This document shows positions 23,994 to 36,844 of a stretch of DNA of 64,000 nucleotides, in pieces. A program made the position numbers and the translations under genes. The number at the start of each line of letters is the position of its first letter. The first letter of the stretch is position 1. The stretch is from Oikopleura dioica (lineage: Eukaryota > Animalia > Chordata), in assembly GCA_907165135.1 (NCBI GenBank), contig OU015569.1, positions 868,001-932,000 of the forward strand, given 5' to 3'. Below the pieces are notes generated by a model. That model searched no databases. It was not told the origin of the DNA and worked only from the letters and a program-made list of their open reading frames with translations.

Positions 23994-24962
23994 ATGGCAT
24001 TTTACAACGAGCAAATTGTTCCGAAGCCCGTCGACGAGGATTATCAACCTTTTTCCGCTGTCGAAGAGCAACTCGCTCCTGGTGAGGAGGTCTACGACAT
24101 CAAGCAAGAATTCGTCGATGATGCTTACATCCAAGAAGATCTTGGCCAAGGCAAAATCGCGTCTCCATCTTCTGACGACGAGAGCACAGTTTTCAACTCT
24201 ACCACTGATCAAGTTTCAAGCGATGAGGAAGCTTACGATATCAAGAAAGAGTTCGTGGGGACATGTTACGAGGATCTGCCAGCCATCAAGACCGAGCCCG
24301 TTTCCGACTATGAATGTGACAATCCCGAGGATTCTGATTACGATGCTACCCTGGACGAGCCTGATTCGACTGACGCTACGTTGGAGGAGCCGTCTACTTG
24401 CGAAGAGCTCGAGGAGCTTGAAGTTGTGGAGCCTATGAAAACTGTCAACCCGGTCGAGGCCGCTGAAACTTCTTCAGGCGAACTTCCGGAAGATCTTGAG
24501 CCGGGAAATTCTCCCGTCGCTACATCAACTCCGCGAAAACCCTCATCTTCTTCCCCGTCAGCCCTGCCCTCGCCTCCATCTTCTCCATCCAAGATCGCGC
24601 TCCCGATCCCCTACATCCCAGTTCTCCTACCACCGAAGAAGCGAAACAACGAGAACTCCGAAAACCCTGGAACGGAAAAGTACACCGAGTTGCTCCGACG
24701 CCGCGTGGAAATTAAGCTCTTCGAGAAGCTCGACGCAAACCTCCTGTCTTCAATGCCCTTGTCTCCACGAACGAAAAAAGACATCAAGACTCTGCGATCG
24801 ACCCTTCGATACTGTCACCAGCGCCAGTTGTACTCCGACATAGAAACAGTCGAAGGAAAATACATGAACGACCTTTCCGAGTATCAAGTCCGTCAATATC
24901 GAAAACGAAAAGCTCATCAGCTCGAGAAGATTGCTGCGAAAAGAATGAGGAAGGGCTGTTAA
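23994..24962 (+). CDS. Intronless 322-aa orphan with an acidic/Pro-rich N-terminus and a basic helical C-terminus
   Basis: Long ORF with AAAATG context and coding-like composition; repeated YDIK(Q/K)EF; no recognised domain. Confidence 0.6.
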   Translation: MAFYNEQIVPKPVDEDYQPFSAVEEQLAPGEEVYDIKQEFVDDAYIQEDLGQGKIASPSSDDESTVFNSTTDQVSSDEEAYDIKKEFVGTCYEDLPAIKTEPVSDYECDNPEDSDYDATLDEPDSTDATLEEPSTCEELEELEVVEPMKTVNPVEAAETSSGELPEDLEPGNSPVATSTPRKPSSSSPSALPSPPSSPSKIALPIPYIPVLLPPKKRNNENSENPGTEKYTELLRRRVEIKLFEKLDANLLSSMPLSPRTKKDIKTLRSTLRYCHQRQLYSDIETVEGKYMNDLSEYQVRQYRKRKAHQLEKIAAKRMRKGC

Positions 24963-25216
24963 CTGTACTGGGTGAAATAAATATAAATTTCACGAAATTA
25001 CAAAATCTTTTCTCCGTGAACATTTTCAAAATCTGACTGCATGAGCTGATAGAGTAGGTCCAGTTCTATATTTTTCAAGAAAAAGATCTAAAATCGAAAA
25101 GTTTTTTTTGCCGTCTAGAAGCAATTGAAGTAAATTTCTGCTGACAGCGATTGTGCAAAAAGTACCCATTACGGACTCCAATTTTTTGACGGAAATATAT
25201 TCTCGAGACTCTGAAC

Positions 25217-25541
25217 TAGGGCGCCAGCTATTTTTTTGTCCATTCTGATCAGTTTATCACCGGTTTATCAGCGATCAAAGTTAGGTGAAAAATTCGCTGT
25301 GGCGATGAGCGCGGCGGTGACTAGACAGCGTGGCGGCGCTGTTGCCCACCCTAGCCTGACGCTGGAAAGGAAAATGCTTGAACGAGATTTCATTCGTGCT
25401 TGGCTAGGGTGCGCCACAGCGTCACCATGACGCATTGTCACTGCCGCGCTCCCCGTCTCATCAAAATTTTCGTCTGACTTTAATCGCTGATAAGAGCAGA
25501 ATCGCGTTATAAAAACGAAATAAAAAATAGCTGGCGTCTTA
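25217..25541. mobile_element. MITE with long imperfect TIRs (TAGGG start), TSD not evident
   Basis: TAGGGCGCCAGCTATTTTT / AAAAATAGCTGGCGTCTTA and inner TATCAGCGATCAAAGT / ACTTTAATCGCTGATA. Confidence 0.6.
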
Positions 25542-25971
25542 CTTCAGATGCTCAAGAATATATTTCCTTCAAAAATTATGCTGTTACAATGAATATTTTT
25601 TACGCTAGAGCCGTCAGTAGAAAGGTACTTCAATTGCCGTTAGACAGCTTTAGAACTTTTAAATTTCAATTTTTTTCCTCGGAGAATATGTAGCTTGGCC
25701 TGTTCTTTCAAGACATCTATCCAAAGTTTGAAAATATTTAGAGAGAAAAGATTTTGTAATTTCGTTAAATTTATATTTTTTCCACCCACTGTTAATTTTC
25801 GATGGTTGTAAATAATATACCAAAACTCAACATTACTTTCTTGTTTTATCAAATCTAATTGCAAGTAAGCCACAGAAACCATTTCTTGAAGCAATTTCTT
25901 TTAGCTTGAAGAAGCGTAAGATGTTTTTGGTTTTCGTCATTTTTATTTTGTTAATTTTCATTTGGAATGAA

Positions 25972-26607
25972 TTAGCAGGTTTTTTGGCGGGTAGAAAAAA
26001 GCAAGGCAAAATCAGGACTTTTGGAGGTGAAGTATTCGAACTCTTCGATGGAGATTCTCCCGGAGTGATCAAGATCGAGCTCTTTCATCAATCGCTCGGC
26101 AGTTGTGACGATGTCATCCTAGATGAAAATTAGTAAAGAGGAGACGAGAAAGAAGGGACGCACCTGTGAGATGATGCTTTCCGAGCCATCGCCTCGATGG
26201 GTCAGCCGTTTGACGACTCGCTTGAGATCTTCCATGCCGAGATATCCGTCGTTGTCAAAATCGTAGATAGCGAAAGCATGGCACAACTTGACCATCTTCG
26301 AGCAGCGCGGATGAAAGACCGACATCATGTCGAGAAAGTCTTCAAAAGTGAGGAAGGAGTTCTGGTCGGCGAAAATTTGAATTATTCTGTCTTTGAAGGG
26401 GTTGCACTTGAGTATGGGAAGCCGAGCGACGTCTTCAGCGCGTGCTCTGAAGTTCCGTCGCGGGTTGGGCGAATGATCGAGCTTTTGGAAATCGTCGTAG
26501 AAGGACTCGATCTCGTAGCGGGAGAAGGGAGTGAGCCGGGTGAACTCGACGAGCTCGTTGCCGCTCAGCGTTTGGTAGGGATCGTTGGAAGACTGCGTGT
26601 TTCCCAT
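25972..26607 (-). CDS. CIB-like: Calcium- and integrin-binding (CIB) family EF-hand protein
   Basis: MGNTQS myristoylation-type start; LKCNPFKDRI, LTFEDFLDMMSVF, AFAIYDFDNDGYL, ELDLDHSGRISIEEF, SPDF; one intron. Confidence 0.85.
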
Positions 26608-26914
26608 TTATTATTGCTTGGCTTCACATTCTAAAGAGAAATCAAGGAGGACGCTCGTTTGCGACAAAAGGCAGCGTATTTTGATAAGCGACGGAAAAGT
26701 TGTAAATGAAGGTAACTGAATGGTTGCGGTTAAAGTAGAAACTGATAATAGACGTTGATACAGAAATTACCGCGTTATGGCGCGATGAACTAAGGACACA
26801 GGAACGTTCTTAGGTTAGCGTGAACAGTAAAGGAAAAGAGTCAGATAGGCCTTAGATACAATCAAGGGCAGCAGATCAGTCAGTAAGTGGCTACAGAAAT
26901 TGCCGGATGTAAAT

Positions 26915-29668
26915 TTAGCGGAAGCGGGGTCCGCCCATCCACGATCGCCCGCGCTGCTGAAAGCCGCCACGATGAGGGGCGCCCCTGCTCCCACCCCGTG
27001 GTGTGTGGAAGCTTTGGTCGTTGAAAGTTTGTCCACCAGAATAGCCGTTTTGAGACATAGGAACAGGTCGAGCCTTGTTGGGAGCACCATACGAAACGTT
27101 GTTATCGAAAGCTTGTCCTCCAAAACCTGTTTTAGGAGAGCCTCGGTAAGAATAACCGCCGCGATTTGGAAAACGATTTCCATTCATCTGGTGTCCTCTT
27201 CGATTCTGATGACTTCCACCATTCGATGGGCCGTTGTTTTGATGACCTCCCCCTCTGATGTTGTAGTTCTGATTTCCGTAGTTTGGTGTACCGTAGTTCT
27301 GCTCGCCAGTAGGTCTGAGAGGGCCACCTCCACGAGGTCCAGGGTTTGGATAGTTGCCACTAAGTGCTTGAGGTCTAACACTACGCGGAGGAACGCCTCT
27401 TCCACGATTTGGTGGTGTCTGGTGATAACGATTCTTTTGCGGGGACGTGTCGAAATTGTCCACACTTGTGTTGAAAGAATTCTGAGGAGTCATCGGCACC
27501 GGCATTCGAGGAGCAGAATATCGTTGAGGAGCGTTTCTCGCAGCCGGATTTTGGAAACGCATTGCTTTAGGAGGTCTGGGTTGATGCTGGGCTTGCATTG
27601 CCGGCGGTGCTTGATAAAGTTGGCTGTTTGGATTGTAGTTGGGCGGAAGGGTCGGAACTTGGGGAGCGCTAGAGCCGGACAGATTATTTGGCAGTTGGTT
27701 GGTTTGGCTCTGTAACTGCATGTAAGCTTGATGTTGGTACTCATTCTGGAGCGTCGGCGGCTCGGCAGGACTAGGCTCGCTAAAATTTAAATAGATCGAG
27801 ATGTTCGAATTCGGGACTAGTAAACTTACGGTGGCGGTAAGGGAGGGGGATTGGTAGCAGCGTTGTTCTTTTGCGAGTTTTGCAGAGTCATCATGTTCGT
27901 CATTATGTTCGACATGAGCATCAAGCCCATCGTGTTTGTGGCAGTTTCGGCTTCTTCGCTTTTCTTTTTGAGTTCTTTTTTCAAAGACTTTTGCTCGTTC
28001 GCCTCTTGCTCTTGCTGGAGACGCTTTAGAACGGACTAGAAGTGGAATCAATAATGAGAAGTGAATTGTAGAGTACCTCTTCTTCAGGTTCATTTGAATT
28101 GGAAGTGGTGGATAGATTCATTTTGATTTTAATAGCTGGTTTGTTGATTCCGGTCACTGGCTTCAGCGGCTTCAAAAAGTGTAAATTGAATTCCATAATA
28201 GAAGTCTACTTACCTTCACAGACGCTCCTTTTGGTGCAAAAAGCGCAGAGAGACCTTCATCTTCAGAAGAGGTAGTGGTGTTTTTCGACGAAGCCTGGGA
28301 CGAGTTTAATGATTGTCTAATGACTTGGAGTTACCGTGGGAGAAGGAGAAGGACTGTTGATTTTTCGGTGGGCTCGAGGGCCTTTTGCTTTTCTTAGGAC
28401 TTTTATGCTTTGTAGAAGTTTTTTCTAGTTCCTTGAGCATTTCTGTTTTTAGCCGCTCGCGCTCCTTTTCTTCTTCTTTCACGCGCTCTTCGCGTTTGCC
28501 AATGTCTTCTTTGCGTTTCCTTTTCTTAGATTTGGCTTCTTTACGTCGATCGTATTCGATCTTTTTCAACTCTTTTCGATGTTGTTGTACTCCGTGTTTC
28601 ATGTCTTCAGCTGTGATTGCTTCCAAGGAAACCGTATTGCCGCGAAACTCGCTTTTATCCGCTTTGAGGATTGCCCTATCTCTAGTAGCCTTAAAAATCA
28701 AACTTACTTACTCGAACTTGTGTAACAAAAGGTCATCGAACCTGATCAACGAACTCGACGTAACATTTGCCGGTGCACTTGCTGTCCCGCGCTTCCATGT
28801 ACAGCCCGTATTTCGTAATCTTGCACGCTTTCAACAGCTCGTGCACTAGGTCTTTCTTGGTGACTTCAGGCGCGAGCCCAGAGAGCATCACACACTGTGA
28901 TTCAATCTGCGGTGTTTCCGTTCCCTCCTGTTCTTCGGTTTCGACTTCTTTCGAATCAGAAACAGAGGGATAGACAGGTCTGATTGCGTCGGCTTTACAG
29001 CTCTCCCAAACATCACAACCCAGATGATTTACTAGTGGACGATTTTAGCTGAAAAATGATCAAGAAGATATCTACCTTTGATAAACCGTGAGCCGAAGAA
29101 TTTCTGATCGTAAGTGAGGGCCTCCTGCTTGTCGTCCACAGATTTGAACTTGATGAGTGCGTTGCCACTGTCCGTTTGTTTCACGAGTGCGATGCGAATA
29201 CCATCGAAGAACTGCACAATGTCGTCAACAGTGGCAGTAGGAGCGAGGTCGGCGAGACGCACGAAAAAGTCATTTTTAGGGGGAGGAGTTACTTCGCGCG
29301 GTCCTTTCGGGGGATTTTCTTTTTCACTCGTACTGACCAAACTCGTGATGTCGGCGATGACTTTTTTCATCTGGTCTTCGTTAGATTCCGAGACCTTGAC
29401 TTTGAAGGAGTATTCGCACTGGGCCGGTGAGAGCTTCTTCCCGTCCCGTTTGAGCGCAATTTCCAAATCTAGGAAATCATCATCGGTTAGTTCTTTTCAA
29501 AGCACATTTCGAAATACCTTCCCGGTCATAAAGACGAACAAAGACGATGCCCTTTGGTCCACCCACAATGTGGACCCCTCCATCCGGGATCTCGATCTTT
29601 CTGAAGAAGCGGCGGACATCAGAGGAGGTCGCTTCTTCGGGGAAGTATTTAATGCGAACGATAGGCAT
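26915..29668 (-). CDS. RBM12-like: RBM12/RBM12B-like RRM protein with a Pro/Gly/Asn/Arg-rich low-complexity tail
   Basis: N-terminus MPIVRIKYFPEEATSSDVRRFFRKIEIPDGGVHIVGG matches the RBM12 signature PDGGVHIVGG; second RRM FVRLADLAPTATVDDIVQFF; RGG-rich C-terminus. Confidence 0.75.
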
Positions 29669-30308
29669 TTACTCTTTTAGGATTTTCTTCAGTACATCAT
29701 GCGCATTCTAAAAGACACGAGCATTCAACATGAGAGCTGCTTATCGTAAATGAGGGCCGTTCAAAATGTAGCGTTTCAGAATGTAAAGTATGAACTTAAT
29801 AATAACAAAAACGGCTTGGTAAAATAATTATTGAACTTATTTACCATCAATTCATGAAAAGTGAAAGTCAAATTCATGAAAACAAGTTGAAATAATCAAT
29901 GAATCATTAATGATGACAGTATCATTATCATTGTCAATGATAAATGTGTTTTCTGTAAATGTTTTCCTGTACTCAAAAAAAAATGCTTTACTTACATAAC
30001 TTTGTAAGGAATCCGAGATAAAATGGTCACACTTTGAGTAAAATTCTGGGTATAGTCTAGTTTAGTTTTTGGGGCCCTTGGATCGTCGACTTGGAATTAT
30101 CCAAACAGGAGTTTCGGTGTCACGACTGTCGATCGCATCTAAATTGGTTTTCATCACACATTATCTTTGAAAACTAGTACCAAGTGGGTTGCAGCTCGCA
30201 GAGGCGAAATGAGGCTTGCTTCCTCTCGACCCTTTGGAACCAGAGCCTCTTCGACTTTCGGAGCGCGCTTTTTCAACCGAGACCTTTCGCTCTTTCTTTT
30301 GAGGCTTG

Positions 30309-31007
30309 TCAACAATGACGGTAACCTCTCTTTCTGGCTCTTCCTTCTTTTTCTTCTGCGACGCTTTCTTCGGCCCCCTTGGTATTTTTCTTCTTTTCTG
30401 TAGTATGCCACGCTGGCTTGGGAACCTCATTCACAGTCACCTTTTCGTCGTGGTAAAAATCATGAAGCGCCTGGATGATTTCTGTTCGATAGATGCCACC
30501 TTGTCGAACCTTTGCAAAACTTTCTACGGCGCGTGGGATAGTATATTCCTTGTGTAAATGGAGATAGGCGCAAACAAGGAATCCCGTGCGATTGAAGCCA
30601 TGCGTGCAGTGGACAGCTACTATTTTGTCTGGATGCTCTTCGATGAAACCGTTGATCTTGCCAGCAAGAGTGAAGATTTCTCGTCGCGAAGGGATTTGTC
30701 CGTGCCCGGGCATCTTGGCTTTGATGTACTCAATATCTTGATCGTAGAGCTGCTGTTTGTCGTAGTAACGATCCGTGTTCGTCAGATCGACAACTAGATA
30801 ATACAGATAGATACAGTAACAAGAGAAAGAGTTGTTACCAAGCCCGATCTGAGGATATTTTGCAAGAGCTTCCTCCCAAGACCATCTTTTCTCTCTAGCG
30901 TAGCGGTATTGAGGATCTAAAGGCACTTTAATGGGGACGACGCCTTCGATTGTCTCTCCGAATTGAGGGCAGTTGAGCCAGTTGTCTGGCAAGCTTCTGT
31001 TTGGCAT
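30309..31007 (-). CDS. DUSP11-like: Stand-alone RNA 5'-triphosphatase / dual-specificity phosphatase (DUSP11 or RNGTT-triphosphatase-like)
   Basis: LPDNWLNCP, VVDLTNTDRYY, VHCTHGFNRTGFLVCAYL, FAKVRQGGIY; no guanylyltransferase domain follows. Confidence 0.8.
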   Translation of the reverse strand: MPNRSLPDNWLNCPQFGETIEGVVPIKVPLDPQYRYAREKRWSWEEALAKYPQIGLGNNSFSCYCIYLYYLVVDLTNTDRYYDKQQLYDQDIEYIKAKMPGHGQIPSRREIFTLAGKINGFIEEHPDKIVAVHCTHGFNRTGFLVCAYLHLHKEYTIPRAVESFAKVRQGGIYRTEIIQALHDFYHDEKVTVNEVPKPAWHTTEKKKNTKGAEESVAEEKEGRARKRGYRHC

Positions 31008-31552
31008 CTGAATGAATTTCTTTGTGAATGAGTTTTCACTTGCAGGGAAAACAATTATTTTCGAGTTATGAATTCGAGAAATTAAAGAAAGTATTGAAGT
31101 ATTATAGAGAGTAACTGTACTGTGTACACTGTACAGTTCAACATAAAATAGTTTAAGCAGTATCAATGTGGTCCGACTGTAACGTAAAATTGTTCGACTT
31201 TAGCTTGTCGAAAAGGCGGGATAAAAGAAAGCGAATTCAAGAGTTTCCAAAACGCATTTTCGACAAGCTAAATTCGGAAAAAGGAGCCGATAAAACGAAA
31301 AGATTGGCCTTCATTTAGAAAGTTTTTTGAATAAGCTGGATACGAGAACATAAGAAAGATAAACTTAGAAGGTCAATTTGTGCAAAAAAAATCTTAAATC
31401 TTTACGGCCATGAACTTGGTGATCTTTGATTCTAAATTACAGATTCTAGAGGAAATCGGGCGGCCAGTATATATCCCAGGATACAGGAAGAGAGATGATT
31501 TACTGAGGATCAGTTACAGTTGCGGAAAACAAAAGATGCTTTTCCACGGTAA

Positions 31553-31662
31553 CTGGACTCGGCAACCTGTGCACAGACCTGAGTCTTGGTCCTGTAGCGG
31601 CGTTTTCATGAAAGCTCTTTCAGGACCCTGACTCAGGTTTGCTTACAGGTTGCCGAGCCCAG
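31553..31662. mobile_element. Short MITE family A copy (110 bp)
   Basis: CTGGACTCGGCAACC...GGTTGCCGAGCCCAG; TSD CACGGTAA/CACAGTAT. Confidence 0.85.
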
Positions 31663-31784
31663 CACAGTATGCTGTAGGCGATAGCAGTTATATTGTTTGT
31701 ATAGGATCAATCAACAACTATTCAAATATTTTCAGAATTGAAAAAGTTAAGAAAATTTTTTCAAAGAGAAAACGAAAAACGAAG

Positions 31785-31993
31785 AGAGGGGTTATCATTC
31801 GGGCCGATGATTCGAGCCATCCAATAACTCTAGAATCTGAGCTAATGGTTAGGGTTAGGGACTGGGAACTCTTAAGGGGGGTCCGGGGGGCGAAACCCCC
31901 TGGTTTAGGCGTTAGGTGGGGGGGTCCCGGGGGCGTAGCCCCCTGGGTTAGGTTTAGACTTAGGGGCAGCCCGAACAATAACCCCCTACTACC
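31785..31993. mobile_element. MITE family B copy
   Basis: GGGGTTATCATTCGGG / CCCGAACAATAACCCC; same G-rich core as 21101-21297. Confidence 0.7.
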
Positions 31994-32214
31994 ACGAAAA
32001 ATTGAGAAAATAAAAAATAAGCAGCGCAGAAGGAATGAGATCAATATCGGAGAAGGTTTCGGAAAGTGGACCTTTTTGGTGAAAACGGGGCGAAAGAGAG
32101 TGACTTGTTCTCTTCCTTGATTTCAAAGCGTGTGTTTCAGTTTCAACCGAGCAAGGCCTCGCAAAAGGACTATGAATAAATGGACTTTCAGAAAGTATCT
32201 TTTGTTTCAACGAG

Positions 32215-34369
32215 TTATAACTTAGTAAGCCGTGCGGGTACGGTCGTCGTGTTGCCAGCTTCGAGAGGCAGTAGAGCCTGGCTTTCGGGCGCCCCGCGAA
32301 CCTCCGAAATTGTCTTTTTTATTTCGATTTCGGTGTCGATTGTGCCCGCTCCTAGTGAAAAAAAACAACAGTTAAAACAAAGTAAACCACTTTCATTCTT
32401 ACCTCTTGGGCTCTGACCAGTGGTCGTGGTGGCGGTCGTTTTCGCGGAAAGAATCCTTCTCGTCCCGATTACTATCCCGGCGTTGCTTTTCCTTCTTTTC
32501 GGAATCACGCTGGCGGCGGTGATTTTTTCGGTAAGACTTGTTCCCCGATTTCATCCAGATCGGCGTATCGTCGTCGTCGCTAGCAATATTATCTGAAAGG
32601 AAATCATGCAGAGCTTACGATTTTGGGAGGGGTTAATTTTCTTACCAAGAGGATTTTTGGATAGAACAGGCACTCTCCCAGTATCCGCGGGTTGATTCGT
32701 GCGCACTGCGGGGCTACGTTCAACCGTAGTGGAATTTGATAGGAGTTCTGCTCCAACTTCTGGACTTGCTAAAGAATAAGTAAGGACTTCTTGGGTCAGA
32801 ATAAGAGGAGCACTAACTTTTTAACATGTGCGCTAGAACTTGGAAGGAAAACTCGCCAGCTGCTGGATTGGAAAGACACTCGTGTTCGGGCAGTTGGAAT
32901 TCTTTCTTGTTGAAAATGGCGAAAACACCATCTTGGTCCGTTTCGGCCACTTTTGCGCCTTCACTGGACTCAAGAAGCAGACGTGTGTCACGAACAGTCA
33001 ATACAAGCCAGCTTGAAATCATGCGAAGGGGGATCTGTTGGTTGTGGTAGGCAACGGCACAGGAAGATAGACACACCTAAAACGCAGTTTATTTCGGTGG
33101 AAATTTAACTGAGTTAACTGACCTTGCGCAGGCTCAAAACATAAGGCTCAGCGGCGATCTGCTGGATGCGCGAGAGTCTGTTGAAAATTCTAGCGAATTT
33201 GCACCAGTTCTCGGTCATGTAGGCTTTCAGCAGCTCGATTGGCAAGAGGCAGACGCCGTTGGAGAGCAGCTCGCTCATCCGGTGGAAGATTGTCGAGTAA
33301 ATCAGCCCAGATGGCTTCAGATCATCTAGTCTGGTCAGGATCATTGCCGAAAATGCGTCGCGCGTGGTTTGTATTTCACGGCCGAAGAGATCTTCGTTTT
33401 TGATGGCCTATTCTTCGATTTTAAACTTTACTTCAATGTTGGTGTACCTTGACAAACTCGGAAATGGACGAGATGCACTCGAAAATGCGTGTAGAGCAGG
33501 CATGTAATCTATCAGCATTGGCAGTAGCGTCAATGTCGACTGTATTAAAAAGACGCCTAGCAATCAGGTAGAACTTGACGCACGATAACAGCTGTTTACA
33601 GCCGAACCAGGTCAACGTTAGCCGCTAAAACATAAGTTCAAGATCTTTCGACAGAACTGTGGCAAACCTGAATGGTTAGTTCTTGCCGGACTGCTCTCAA
33701 GCGATCGTCGATGAAGTCAAATTTTAGTTGGAAGGGCTCCTCGAGCATCATGATGTTGGTCAGCAAGTGCTGGATCGACGCTTCTAGGCTGCTTTTCGAT
33801 CTCAACGAATCTTCTTCATTCATTTCGACGAGATCAGCCGCACTTCGACGATACTCCTTCACCATCAGATGCTCGGCAGGTTCGCCGTCGATCATTTCGA
33901 ATTTGTGCACGAGCTCGTTCTCAATGCGGAATTTGCGCTCCTTTTCCGGGCACATTTCTTGAACACGTGATTGATTTTCTGAAAGATCTTCGCTCTCGCT
34001 TATGCTACTAGCGGTTTTGTTCTCCTCTTGGCTTGCAGATTGCTCTGGATTCTGCCCACTTGAGGAGGGAGCACAACTTTCTGACTCCGCTGTTTGTGAT
34101 CGATTATCAGTACTTTTGACATCTGCAGAATCAGATTCGCTGACTGGTTTTGTCTGTTCCTCAAGTCGAGCATCTTTAGCTTCCTTTTCTGGTTCTTCCG
34201 TTTCTTCTTGTTCGATCTTGGTTGATTCTTCTACGGCCGTTTGTGGCGTCTCATCCCTTTTTTCCTCGGCTGGGGCGGGCACAGCATCAACTTCTTCTTT
34301 TTCAACAGCGTTGATGACCGTTTGTTCAAGGTTCTCTTGAGGTCCACTCCCAACTTCACTTGGCTCCAT
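32215..34369 (-). CDS. SAC3D1-like: SAC3/GANP-domain protein (SAC3D1-like) with an acidic N-terminal extension
   Basis: VKEYRRSAAD, FDFIDDRLRAVRQELTIQ and ENWCKFARIF...LRKVCLSSCAVAY...IPLRMISSWL resemble SAC3/GANP motifs. Confidence 0.65.
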
Positions 34370-34523
34370 ATCTGTCCATTCAGTTACACAACTATCTCAT
34401 TCTAAAAGCAGCGATATTTAGATCCGAAATGTGTAAAATTTATGAAAATATATATCTATTATTTTGAATATAAAAATATAAACAGCAATGGGTGGATCTC
34501 TTCTTTCAAAAACTAACAAATTG

Positions 34524-36704
34524 TTAGTTTGGATCGACACCGCGGTAGTCGGTAATGTCCCACTGCTTGAAAGCATTTTTGCGCGTATCGCCACGCAGTC
34601 CAGCGTAGTAGACATTTTTCTTCGGAGCATTTGTGTACGACTCTTTCTTCGTTTGACTGTCGTTCTCCTTAGGAAGATACACTTGCGTTTCGTTCTCCCG
34701 GCGGAAGTTCGAAAGCACCTGAAAATTGAAGTCTTATTGCATCCTAGAGATAAAAAGGGGCTTACAGTTTGCGTAGAATGCGTGACACATTTTCTCAGAT
34801 TTGCGAGCTTCAGTGCCTTTCGCCTCATCTCCCACTCGTTCCATTCATACTCCTTGTCCTGCGTCGGCGGCAACAGATGAGTGTCTGTTTGACAAGCGGT
34901 GTCTGATTTAAATAAATAGTCATTCATCGTTACAATTGCCTTTCACTGTACCTTGTTGCAAGCGTTGCCCACTGCCACTACCAAAGCCTTCGTGTTGGGC
35001 GAGATTTTGAAACTGTCGTTGAAGTTGCACCAAGTTGATGAGTTCTGTCGAGATGCGAGCTTTTGCTGAGATCTAGGAATGTTTCAATTACAATCGTCGT
35101 TTTGCTCACTTTCATACCTTGTTCAAAAAGCCTCCGATATCAGCAGTGAAGGTTTTCGCCGCCTGGCTGCTGGAGAAAACGTAGAATCCGTCGTCGTGAT
35201 TGAGCATTCCGATTTTAGCACTGCCAGGAATGAGCAGGCCGTATTCGGCGAGCATCAAAGGACAGAAGCTCCGGAAGCGGAATGTCATCGACTCGATCTT
35301 CATGTTCTGGGTAAGTGTTTCGGGATAAACCCAGGTGATGTCGTCCTTGTCGGCGGAATCCTTTCCAGTTGATGGATCAATACGACCGCTGGCCTCAGCA
35401 TCGGCGAGATACTCGTCCATTCGTTTGACGGTCATGTCTGCGGTGAGCTTTCGAATCACTGGCCAGGGAAACAGGATTTCATGCTGTTTGATGAACTCTT
35501 TCGCATTTTGTCGGATATTCTGGAACACTGACAGTAGCACGATTTCTTCTTGGAAGAAAGTCCACAGCTCGGAGAGTTTGATGAAGAGCGGATAGACTTG
35601 ATTCGTCGGCACGGCTGTGCGCTGTTGAACTGCGTTCTGGATACATTCAAATGCAGCGTTGAGCTTTTCCGTCAATGTGTCAACTTGATGGCTAGGAAAT
35701 TGGGTGTTTTAATTTACTCATATTCTAAAGCTTGAATTACCTGGATTTGACAAGCTCGTTGTAAATGATTCTCAGGAAGACTTCCCACTGGGCGATGTTA
35801 TAAAGAGCGTCATGAATCTTGTCCATGTTTTCTCCATTTGGATCGAAGGTATCAGACATTATAATTGCTGTGTAGTGCTCTGCAAGTTTTTGAGCATTTT
35901 GCCGCTCCGCTTCGACTTCAATTAATGATGGATTGATGGCGTCCTGGATGATGACGGGCAGATCCTCGATTCCTCTTGATGAACCGGTGCCGTTCTTCTT
36001 GTTGAAAAGGCGAATGCCAGAGACGATGCGGGTCAACTCGGCAAGGTGGCGCTCCTTCTCTCTTTTGGAGAACTCAAGGAATGTGCCGAGCTCCTGAGGA
36101 GGAAAGACAGACTGCAGCGCGGTGGTTGTCTCACGCACGATCGCCATGTCTGTGGGAGAGCCGAGGCCAGACTCGAGAAGGATGTACGCCACGATTCGCC
36201 GATAAAGGTTTTGCAGTTCTTCTCGCGAAAGAGCACGTGACTCGCAGATTTCATTGACAGTCGTGACAAGACGCGATCTGATGACTCGCCGATGCTCTCC
36301 GATGAATTCCGTTCGACTTGTGTAGTTCATGTCGAAATAAACCTTAATTTAGCGTTTGCTCCAATATAGGCAAAATAAACCAAATGTGCTTACCTGCATT
36401 TTGATTGTCTCAAGACGAGAGGACTTGGTTTCAGTGAGTCGTTTGGTACACGTGTCTATCAGTCTGTCTACGTCTGGCTGGGTGAGGGTTCGCTCGACGG
36501 AGAAGTTAGCTTCTGGATCAAGAACAACCGACTTGACCATAAAGCCTACAAGCGTTTCGGAAAGGGCGGCTCCTTTCTCTTGGCATCGTTGAACAATTTT
36601 CCGAATGATCGCCTTTTATTGCGTAAGTCTTTCAAAACTAAAACTAGTAAGTGTACCTTGATGACGGTCTCCGCCTGGCTCGGCCCTCGTTTACCGATCC
36701 TCAT
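34524..36704 (-). CDS. CFAP206: Cilia- and flagella-associated protein 206
   Basis: SQAETVIK..., FMVKSVVLDP, TIKMQVYFDMNYT, GIRLFNK...GIEDLP, EWNEWEMRRKALKLANL, NFRRENETQVYLPK. Confidence 0.9.
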
Positions 36705-36844
36705 CTTATGCTCCTTTTTCTGAATCAAATTTAGTGAAGTTAACCACTGTTAATATCTATCGTCGAGGAAAGGCTTGCAATAAACAAATTTCTGAACTGG
36801 GCAGTGTGAAATGCAAGTTAAATTGAATTCTAGGGTTGTTCTTT

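Noticed and set aside
26900-27715. 271-aa plus-strand ORF
   Set aside because: Antisense to the low-complexity RBM12-like tail.
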